Assembly: GCF_964355755.1 (NCBI RefSeq)
Contig: NC_092672.1
Location: 27,162,437-27,226,436, forward strand
DNA length: 64,000 nt
From: Antedon mediterranea
Taxonomy: Eukaryota; Animalia; Echinodermata
Reading direction: 5' to 3'
Every line of letters begins with the position of its first letter. The stretch's first letter is position 1. The position numbers and the translations under genes are program-made. Below are positions 41,701 to 53,700 of this stretch, piece by piece. The notes under the pieces are model-generated. The model was not told where the DNA came from and made no database searches. It worked only from the letters and a program-made list of their open reading frames with translations.

Positions 41701-44700
41701 TGTAGTATTATTTGGCCAAGTGATACAATTTGTTTCTATGGCATTTCCATCCACCAAACCTTTCATATGCAAGTTGAGTCAGAATATACTAAAAACTTTC
41801 TCATGATATATTTTATTTATGAGAAAAATAATGCTCATTTTATTTAATTTTTTTTGGTTTTCACAGAAAATAATATTGATGCAATAAAAGCAGAGAAATT
41901 TGTTTTACAAAGTGCAAAGTAAGTATACATTTCTGTATAAAAATAAGTCATGGTCTATTCAATTTGATAAACAGTGCATTCACACCTAAAATTGAACACC
42001 CTTGGGTTAGTACCCTGATTTTTTTACATGTGTTTTTAGATTGGCTGAACATGATGATAGTTAAACATACTTGAATCCCAAACCAAATTCTATTCTCACA
42101 GCAGATACAAGGATACCATAAAACAAAATCTGTCTACAGTATACAAATAATGTTGACAATGGTCCCTCCCATCATTTTCTCAGTACTGTATCTAGATTCC
42201 TCCGGTATCATGGGAATATTTGGTAAATATTCCCATGATACTGGGAAAATACTGTACTGTAGTATGTGGAGATACACCGATGAGAATTGTGTACCCTTGC
42301 AATTGTATTAGTGTTGATTTTCACTTTTATAAAGAGAATAATTGAATGATTTTGTTTGTAGTGGGTCTGATCAAGTTAGAGGCATTATCACATTACAGGG
42401 GGATAGAATAAGTAAGGCAGTAAGTATCAAATCAGTATACTGATAATACTATCAACCTTGTGATCTGTAGAGAGCTTTTGATTTAAGACGACCAAACTAA
42501 GTAATGTTAATTCATTGTGCACATGCTGGGATAGTCGTGTATCCTCAATCGTCACCTTGACACAAGTTTGATGGTAACTATGTATGGGCGTCAACCGACG
42601 TAAAACAACACCGATCGACCTGATCTAAGTCATTCCGTGCAAATCAAAGCTCCCTATTGTCGTAATCTTGGCCTACATCATAATTGTCATTGTTCTACAG
42701 TAGAATTAGACTCTGTCACGTTAATCATCATACTTACATCATTGTCTTCATCTGAAATTGTTACTGAGTGAAAATGGCCAAGGGGTTAAGGCAGGGCACA
42801 GTTTACTGTACCTAAAGAGTGAGCCAACAATATTGGCATGGGTTCGAGCCCTGCTTGCTCCTAGTTCTGGTGGTGGAACAAGTCTTCTAGGATACAAACT
42901 ATGAACCGTAGGTCCAGTGTACTTAGTTTGCCTTTGTTCATACATAGTTTAAAGAACCCAGTTCATCATTCTAGACAAGTAAAGCTTACCCCAGTCAGAG
43001 GGTTTACCACCTATCTGATAGACAGAATTAGCTATTGATAATTAATACTTGGCCATGTGCTTAAAAACATAAAATAAAAAATAAATACAAAATTAATTTG
43101 GTAAACTTGAGTGTAATTTTTAGTGAGATGAGTGAATAAAAAAAAGTAAATATTATCATCATCCATCCATTACAATTTATTCATAACTTTTGTTTAAAAA
43201 AATATTTCTTGTAGGATTTAACATTAAGATTACATAGGAACGCTGGTTCAGTTTTAAAAACATCTATACGAGAAGATATACCATGGAGGTTACAACAGGT
43301 AAAATTAACGGCAATATAAGATTTACATTTTATTACACACTAATGTACACATCATTTATGGGCCATATTAAAATCATAATACTGTAATTACTAAAACTAT
43401 ATTTGATTTACTATTTCTAAATCTGTATGCAATTATTATGGACACACTGTTTACTGCATTGACTGACTGCCTCATTAACTTCTGCATTGAAACAAATTAA
43501 AATCATAAGTGATTTGATTTGTTTATTCAATATTCATATTCAATAAATGTTCTCCACACATATATTAAAAATACATAAAATAATACAGTAATTATATAAA
43601 CACTTGTGATAATAACTAATAAAAAACATTGTATGTGTTGAAGGAAACTTATATAGTTTACTCATTTTCTTCTCCTTCATTTGGACACAATTGAGTAAAA
43701 AGTGCGATTTATAAAGTACTACTCCTCCCTTATTCGTTGTAGTATTGAGCTGAGATTTGGCATGAATATACTACAGGGACATGTCTTCAAAGCTATTTTA
43801 ATTTCAAACCGGATACAGCCATATGACGTCTCGAAGATGGTACCGTATAGCTGCAGTATTTGGTAGCGACTCATTGATGTGTATGTGACGTTACATCCCG
43901 TCTTATGACGTAATTACAGCTTCTTTTGCTGTATCCTGAGTATCGCACATTCGTGCTTGTTTAAGGCTTGCCCAACACAAGATGTTTTTCTTCATCTTTC
44001 CTGACCTCTGACCTTACAGTATATCATTATTTAGTCTGTAATGTTATGAAACAAAATGAAAACAAGTCACCAGCCGCTGCTCAAATGAAATGTTATTGCA
44101 GCATCTGTTTACCTTATTTGTGTATGTATTATTTTTAAATTATTGATTAAGACTGATTTAGTAGATTTTGTTTTTATTTGTGCAGGTGCAAGACGCCGGT
44201 AACCATTTACAAACAGCAGTAGAGCAAGTTTCCATAAAAGATATAGATTATGAATTTCAATCAGGTGAAGAAGTCTCACAGGTACAAAAAGATCAATGTT
44301 AACAATACAAAAGGCTTCATTTAAATCTACATTATTCTTTCAATAAAAGATGCACATATCCCCCAAAAGGTATATTCATGTTTTCATAGACGGTGGTAAT
44401 AGGGACTTTACGAAACACGACGGGAAGCCATAGGACGGTGCTCATGAATAATTTATGCATGAGATTTAACAGTGGGCGGAGATTAGCGTGAAATTCTGTC
44501 GTCTTAACTTTTTGAGAACGATAAGAAGTAATGTATATATAACCTTAAATATACAGTTCAAATTACACTTAAATGTGGAATTTTCAAATCTCTAAATCAT
44601 ATTTGACATCCTATTTTAATTGTTTAATGAAATAACATTTGTATTGGCTGTGTTAAAAGCGGCGTTTAAATGCGAGGCCCTAGCTAGGAAGGCTTGACCT

Positions 44701-47700
44701 ATGCTGTATCACCAGAGCCTAGCAATTCAAAAGGGCTATGTTGACTGTATATGATTTATTTGATTTCATGGGTTTAACTTTTCAGCTGATTGAGATCATT
44801 TTTTTTATCCTTTACAATTTCCCTCCGTGTAAATGTTGTTGATTAATAGAAATTTCGCCCTAACGCATGAAGAGACGGATGCTAGTCAAGTCGCCCCATC
44901 GCAAAGTCGCCCCATACAAGTCGCCCCATACACAGTCGCCCCATCGCAAAGTCGCCCCAAAACAAAGTCGCCCTGACACAGTCGCCCCATTGCAAAGTCG
45001 CCCCATCGCAAAGTCGCCCCAACGCAAAGTCGCCCCATCGCAAAGTCGCCCCAACACAAAGTCGCCCCATCGCAAAGTCGCCCCAAACGTTAAAAAATAG
45101 TTTAAAAGTGCGTAAAATGTCGCAATGATACACAAAATAACACGGAACGTGTAGGCATAAAAGGGGAAGCCCCTCCATTTAGTCTCAGGTACGTCACTCG
45201 ATCGGCACGCTCCCCAATCATCAGAGAGGAAGCCCCCAACTAATCACTCCGCGGTCGCTCTAACGTGCTAGCTTTCACCAGAGGGAAACCCCCGTAATTA
45301 CTCCGCCGTTGTCGCACTACAACGCACCATCTGAAGATGGGGAAACCCCGTCGGAGTTTTACGATGATATCAGTCGCGTTCGAAATCGGTGGCGTTTAAT
45401 TTTGGTCGCGATAAAATGATGTTATACGATCTAGATTATTTTTACTTTGGTCGATGAATATTTATTATTATTAGGCCTATATTAATAATTGATTTTTGTT
45501 TTTATTTTACACTGAGGTCTCTGATGAGAGAAAGATGTGTGCCTTAAAAATGACAATTTGTAAACATAGTTTAAGATTATACTAAGCCTATTATTCAGCA
45601 TAATGTCATTTAACAGTACATAAATTTAAATGTGAAATATTTTATAGGGAACGTAGGCTACGTCTGTGTCTTTTATTTTTTATATGCAACAAATTAGGTA
45701 AAACAATTTATTTATAAACATTCAGTTTACTATTATATACATAGTATTACAATGAACATTGATTATAAGCCTGGAAATGCAATCCCATCATTATATCCAT
45801 TATAAAATTGCATCATATCGCCACTATATTATGTCGTAAATGATGACGTGCATGTGTGTATTCGTCGTACGTCCGTGTACGTATTATTCCGTGCCTCTTC
45901 ACTGTCTTGTTTATTAAAATTAAATAAACACTCGATATGAGGATATTTATTAGGCATGATAATTAGAATGTTCTATAACCAAAAGGGTTGAAAAGAATTT
46001 CTTCAGTAAAATGATCATTCTGCTGTTGAATAAAAAGCGACTCGCAATCTGAAACATTCTCTGAAACCAATCGGAGCTGCTCTTTCTGGTATCTGTTTCC
46101 TTCTCACAGCTGCTACGTCTTTCTGCTGCCCGTCGGGGATTCCCCTTTTTAAAAAACACGCACACGATAATCATACTGTACGATGGTTTTTCCATGGTCA
46201 AAATGTAGCGTTTTAATTTTACTAAAATACCTGCATGTGTAAAACGATCATATCGGCGTAGAAATCCCCTTTTTTTTATTTCTTCATTTTGAAAAGTCAT
46301 AATTAAAATTAAATAACTATAGACACATAACTTGTCAATAAATGCAAAATGATCAATAAGTAGCCTATATAACATTTATTGTCTTACAACGCTGTTATTG
46401 TTTTAACTACTGTAAATATACGAAGGCCTACTATTTATACACTTATTATATTATCCTAAAAAATGAGCTGGTATCCACGCGTAGGTTGAAGAAAGATTCG
46501 TAATTGTGGCTCTGGTAACTAATTTTAAAATCATATTAAATTAACATTTTCGAAACTATAAATCAGGGATAATCTTTTCGAAATCTTTTTAGAACTTTCA
46601 AACAAGGGACTATTTTTTAATGATTTTTAAAAAGCACATCACTCCATTATAACCTGTAAAATAAAAATTAAAACACAAATTATGTATATAATAGGGTAAA
46701 CATTATAATGTATACGACATTTAGCGCGACCAAAGTAACAACGCAATCGATATCAAACGCAACCGCTATATGATTAAAACAGCGTACTACTACTAGCGGC
46801 GGTACTTCCGAAATAAAACCGTGGGCGACTTTGCGATGGGGCGACTTTGCGTTGGGGCGACTTTGCGATGGGGCGACTTTGCGTTGGGGCGACTTTGCGA
46901 TGGGGCGACTTTGTAATGGGGCGACTGTGCCGGGGCGACTTTGTTTTGGGGCGACTTTGCGATGGGGCGACTTTGTATTGGGCGACTTTGTATGGGGCGA
47001 CTTTGCGATGGGGCGACTTGACTGGATCCCGAAGAGACACCCTAGTACGCTCTAGCGTCCTCCCTCTAACCGTCATGTTTCGTAAAGTCCCTATTATGAG
47101 GAAAATTTTGATTCGCAACAACCTATATATTAGGATATTATAGGTTTACGTTGCTTTTATCAATGCCATATGATTATGGCTGATTTATTTACCTTCATAG
47201 CATTACTACTGAAACTGTTACTTAAATGCTGTGGTAAACTGGTGTTTCCACAGAACCATGTTGAGGTTTACAGTATAAAGAGTTGGAAGAAAAGTTCTAA
47301 TCTTGTTGGCTTTTTTTACTTTTGCAAATTTCTGGTATTTATTTTGTTAAAAGTATTTATTTTAAAAGTTTTTCATACAAGTACAGTATTATAATATATA
47401 TATTTTTGATTCAAATCTTCAATAGAATTTTCCTTTAAAAATGTATTGTTCCCCCTGAAAGGGGTTGGATAGCCGAGTGGTTAGGACACTTGACTGTCGT
47501 ACAGATAGACCCGGGTTCAATGCCCGACAACTCCCAGTTCACTCAGCTGTAAAATGAGTACCTGGTTGAAAATACTAGGGAGAAAAAAGGCGGCGTGGAA
47601 AGGAACTGGCCACCCTACCACATAATGCCGAGGCTTAGTACAATGAGCTCCTAACAGCTCATTCCCCTACGTTCAGAGAACACGGGACTCACTTCCCTCC

Positions 47701-50700
47701 TCCTCCCCCTGAAAAAATAATTCTTAACATATTTTTTTTTGAGTATTCCATTTTAGTGTAACATGATAGTTATCCACTTTGACCAAAAATTGGGTTAAAA
47801 AAAATGTATTTACCTGAAAAAAATGTAATTTAAAGCAAAAAATGGCTGCCAGCCAATGGATTTTTGGTTGAATTTAACCATTAATTTTGTCATTTTATAT
47901 GTGAAAAATAACATATTCAAAGTCTGAATTTAATTAATCTTAATTTTTCATGTTTTTGGGGGACAATACATCTTTAAAGAATGTTTTTCGCTTTTCTTTT
48001 CAGCTAATGGATGAGGTTATGTGTAGTTTACATCATGGTCGACAGTGTCTACTAAACCCATCCAAAGAATCACTTCCAGATATCTATCGCAATAAATCTA
48101 CCGTAAGTAAGCATTTTGAAATGGTTAGTGTGATTGAAGCAAAGCAGCTTATTTCTCTGCTTATTGTTGGGAAAAGATCTTCTTGGCAAATTTCCCATCT
48201 AACACAGATGACACACTATAAATACATCTGTTACATTTTTGTATATTCTTGGATTGCAATTATCAAATACATTTTATGTTTCGTAAGCACTTTGACAGGC
48301 TAATGCTTCGCAGACAATTTCTCTGGATTTAGCAAAAAATAAATATGCATTAACAGCAAGAGAATAATGTTGACATGGTCCTTTTACTCTATATCAAGTT
48401 ATCTCTGATACCTACGTAGCTAGCAGTTTACGATTCCTGTGTGCAATATCTCTGTCTCTCTGTAACTGATTGATTGAATTTTGATGGTTTGTCATTAAGG
48501 AAATTTGGTGTTATATAGTTTTATTTTTTGAATTGCAGAAAATGAGACTGATATTTTTCCTAAGTAATAATTATGATTTTTTTTTAGTGCAATGAATGTG
48601 TTCTTTATTTTTATGTTTTTTATTTTGTGGAATTGTCTTTAGAAACACTATGTGTATAATTTCATATTAGGAAAACCATGCGAGGCATTCCATATTAATT
48701 GGCAGTTACAAAGCCATTAAACAATTACTATATAAGAAACCATGTGAAAAGGCTTTACTGCAGTTACTGCAGTAAAGTACATTTTGTTTGCTATTTAACA
48801 TGTTATACCTAAATAAATTCTGAGCTTAAATCTACCTAGAACTGAAAGCACTTCAATTTCAGCAGATGTACTGCTGAAACTTGAGATAGGTAGGTTGGAG
48901 GTACGTTTACGTTATAAAAAGGTTTGGAGTTCGACAGAAGTAGTATCGAACCAAGAACTCCATAATTACAAGGCCAGTAAACTACCAAGCTCCAGAACCA
49001 TCTAAACTTGTTTGTTCTCATTGCAGCATTTGTTAAATCCTCCTCTTCCACCTGAAGCAATGTTAAACTTTTTTATTCATTGTAATAAATTAGTAATGAT
49101 TGCTTACTATATACACCAGATTCCAGCTTCGAAGTCAGCTCATCATGTAAGTATCTGTCATTAATCTCCCTTAATCCCTTCTAATCCAATTGTATAATGT
49201 TTTAATCCCAGAAAATTATCATCTTTAGTATACTTAATTATAACTGTTGCCTAATATAAAGTTACATCAAATTGAAGCTACACCATTTGCTTGTGTAAGT
49301 TTCTGAGCTGTTAATCATTCTGAATCCCTTCTGATCCCTTCTAATCCAAGTTAAGTTTGGATCATGTTAAACTTCTTTAATCCTAAAAATCATTTACATC
49401 CACATTATTATCATTGTTTCTTAATCATAATTGTTTCCTACATATATACCCCAGATTCAAGCTAAAAATTTGCTTATGTAATTATCAGAGGCTGAGCTAT
49501 CATTTAAAGGACAACTTGACCGAGGAACATATTTTAACAACGTATTAGGATGTACATATGATTTCAGAACAATCGCGAGATTAAGGATATCTCCACACGA
49601 TCGCTGTACAGCCCTTGCCGTCAATTGCGTGCAGCGATATCCTTTATCTCGCGATTGTTCTGAAATCATATACATCCCTAATATGTTGTTAAAATATTGT
49701 CCTCGGTCAAGTTTTCCTTTAATCTTCTTTAGTCTCCTTTAATCTGATCTGAATGTACATTTGTGGATCTGGATTCAAATCTAATCTGTTAGGACACATG
49801 AACATCATCACAGTGTTTACTACCTAAAGCATCAATGTGTTTCTCCTTTTTAACACTAAACATAATAATAGAATTATTCAAGATTCTAGGAGTAGTAATG
49901 GTCATCACAGGTGTTGTCATTGTCATTGTCAACAGCATCATTCAATATAAATTTTATGTCTGGATAATACAATTGAATATACTCATAACCTGTTCTACCA
50001 TGCTGAATCAGATATAAGCCCACCGTTGGGTATAAGCCCACCCTCAGTTAAAAACCCACCATTGGGTATAAGCACATCCTCAGATATAAGCCTATTACCA
50101 AAATGTGATTCCTTTTATGTTAGCCTAACTCCAAATCTGATCCAATTTTATTTTTCTAAGGAAATAGGTCTACCCAACATTTTTTTTCCCTTTCATTGTT
50201 TTTTACATTTATTTTATTTTCATGTATCACAATTGAATTGCTTGTTTTATATGTTTAATGTTTTTTATCCATGATTCAGTTTTGTACTGTGTCCTTCCTT
50301 TGTTCATTATTTGTCATTCTTTTCATTCCATTACCCAGAGAAGAGTGAATATAGAGAATCAGCAATCGTCTTTAAGGATGATGCCTTTAATGGCATCAAC
50401 CATTGGTCAGGATGCATATTGGCATTCCAGTATACAGGTATGGGTAATACTTGGATCATAGAGTTCAGTATATAAAATCTAGAGTGAGCAAAAACGTCAA
50501 TTTCAGAGCTTGCTTTAAGTTTTTAATTGTGCCAACAAGTACTAATAGGTATTAAGCATACCAAAACGATAAAAGTTTGCAAGTTTTAACCAATTTGTGT
50601 AAAAGCTTTATGCATCCACAATTGGTTCTATCATTGACAAATTTCAACAAGAGCTATGCATTTAATCAATTTTGTTGGGGGCTATACATTGTAGACACAA

Positions 50701-53700
50701 GCTGCATCAGCGCTACACATTGGCAAATTTGCATAAGATGCATTGACAAAAGCGGACAAATTTTGTGGAATGTGTTAAGTTGCGACAAAGTATGCATTGT
50801 GACAAAGCAACTTGAATATGTGACGTAATAAAAAGGTGTTCACTCCAGTATATGGTCTGCATGCAGGAAACCAACAAAAAACAAGATGACACTATTTTTT
50901 TGTACCCTCTAGATTTTAGATATATTAACTTTTTGCTTTAGGTGTACTCATCCATAATGAAAAAATAATTATTTTACCTAAATATCAAATTCTTTTTATT
51001 CACAAACTACAAAACAGCACTTTTTTTCTGAAATACTAATGTTGCTAAAAAAGAAAGTCCTACTACACTATGTTGCACTTTGATTTCTTTATTCTCATGC
51101 TATACTAAAGATAAGCAAAATTGTCATTTAACAATAAGACATTTTTCTGTTTTTTATTCATTATTTGTATTAGCATCACTATAGAGAAAATTTTAATGTT
51201 TTAACAAAATAGATTAATTTTCTAAATTGAATATTTCTTGATTAAATCAGTACTTGACATTAACTAACTGAATAACTATGCTTATCACCAAAAAATATTA
51301 GATTTTATAATTACTTGCACTGATGAAGGGCTAGTATTGCCCGAAAACTCTGCTAATTGTTCTGGCTGTTTTACTTTATCGTTGATTTCAAGCTTATTTT
51401 ATTTTGTATCTCCATTGAGGTCCAGCATTGTAATTTTTCAGTAATTTGCCTTTAGACTTAATAATCATACTAATAGTGGTGATGGTGCAGGTTACTGCTG
51501 CTCAGAGCTTTAGATGCATGTTCTTTCCTCTTTTCTTTTTATTTAATTAATTTGGGCCTGGGTAGTATAACACTAATAACTCTCATAGGCATGCATCTAT
51601 TTTTAATTAGAAATTGAAAAGAGTTTTAGCGCCTTTATTTTCATAAATAATCATTGGAAACACTTACACATGGTAGCTTAAATAGTGTTTTGACCATATA
51701 GAATAAACGGTACCACTAATGTCTGGATAATTGCTTACCTCTACTCCATTGTTCCCAGACCATTTTTTTGTTGTTTCTGTGTCTTCAGTGTTTATAATAT
51801 TCAAGCTTTTGAAAGGGGCAACATAGTAATGTAAAAATGTGATTAATAAATCAATAAATGAGGCTTGATAGAGCGCATTATGCAAAAAGACCTAATGCGC
51901 TTTACATTTAAAAAACAAAAATATACAGAGAAAAATATGCAATTCACGAAGCTATGTATGTTATGTAGTGTTCAACAGTTTTATTTTTCTGTACCATTCC
52001 GGTTAGTAGGTTTCTCTGTTACCGAGCTAGCTTTACTCACAGTCTACTCTCCCAAATACTGAACACCTTTGGGCTGGCTTAATATGTCTGGTTTTCCAAA
52101 AATTCGGGTGTTTTTAATGGTAAAAATGAATTTTGGACCTTTTGGATCTGACGAAAAGTCTGTTTTTTGAGAGTCCAGTATTCGAAGAGGTGACTGTATT
52201 ATATTATATTTGAGAAACCCATTCAAATATCTCATATGATACATAAATAATACAATAAATTATATAATAATACATAAAAAAACTAATGATTTTTTTAATG
52301 CTTATATCTTATAGAGACCTCAGCCTTTAGGCACACATCACAAGCAAGTCAGTACATTGTAAGTGACATTTCTGTATAAAATAAGTGCTGCAATTAAGAT
52401 CTCCAACCTGTATACCAATCATTGACCAATTGGCAGTGTTTACACATACAATATTAAAACGCTTCATAACTAAACAAAAATCACTTAACTGCTATTAACA
52501 GCAAGAATTTGTAATTAAGTCCGTTTATGTTTCCTTAATGGGTATCAGTAACAGTATTGATTATTGTAAATTTTATATCTTGAAAAAACTAAATAATTTG
52601 AATTTAGATAAATAAGTTCTAAGTGGTTAGGTGTTTTTTAAACACAAGTCTAAGTGGTTAGGTGTTTACATTCTAACCATGGAGTAGGCATACTAGTTCA
52701 AATCTTGACCCCGATTGTTTATCAAAACACACAACTCTGGCTGGTTGTGCTTACCTTCTAAACCATGTCAAGTCTTTCAAATCTGTACCCCAATCACAGC
52801 ATATACAACTCTTGGTGCTTAGATGATTCTTCTAAACCATGAAGACCTGGTTCAAATCTTTACCCTGATTGTTTATCACAACACACACAATTCTTGGTTG
52901 TTATGTACTTACCTTCTAAACCATGAAGTCCTGGTTCAAATCTTTACCCTGATTGTTTATCACACACACACAATTCTTGGTTGTTATGTACTTACCTTCT
53001 AAACCATGAAGACCTGGTTCAAATCTTTACCCTGATTGTTTATCACAACACACACAACTCTTGGTTGTTATGTACTTACCCTCTAAACCATGAAGTCCTG
53101 GTTCAAATCTTTACCCTGATTGTTTATCACAACACACACACAACTCTTGGTTGTTATGTACTTACCTTCTAAACCATGAAGTCCTGGTTCAAATCTTTAC
53201 CCTGATTGTTTATCACAACACACACACAACTCTTGGTTGTTATGTACTTACCCTCTAAACCATGAAGTCCTGGTTCAAATCTTTACCCTGATTGTTTATC
53301 ACAACACACACACAACTCTTGGTTGTTATGTACTTACCCTCTAAACCATGAAGTCCTGGTTCAAATCTTTACCCTGATTGTTTATCACAACACACACACA
53401 ATTCTTGATTGTTAGGTACTTACCTTCTAAACCATGAAGTCCTGGTTCAAATCTTTACCCTGATTGTTTATCACAACACACACACAACTCTTTGTTGTTA
53501 TGTACTTACCTTCTAAACCATGAAGTCCTGGTTCAAATCTTTACCCTGATTGTTTATCACAACACACACACACAACTCTTGGTTGTTATGTACTTACCCT
53601 CTAAACCATGAAGTCCTGGTTCAAATCTTTACCCTGATTGTTTATCACAACACACACACAACTCTTGGTTGTTATGTATTTACCCTCTAAACCATGAAGT

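Noticed and set aside
44860-45178. Repetitive ORFs (GRLCDGATL / KSPHRKVAP; also 46774-47143)
   Set aside because: Open in several frames because of the 17-bp repeat; not a gene.
45515-45545. Second CTGATGA hammerhead candidate
   Set aside because: No stem II before GAAA and no stem I.
45950-46375. 141-aa ORF inside the nested element
   Set aside because: No recognisable domain and AT-rich ends; no support as a gene.
47461-47535. tRNA-Asp gene
   Set aside because: Continues into a SINE body and is bounded by an 11-bp TSD; the stems are imperfect.
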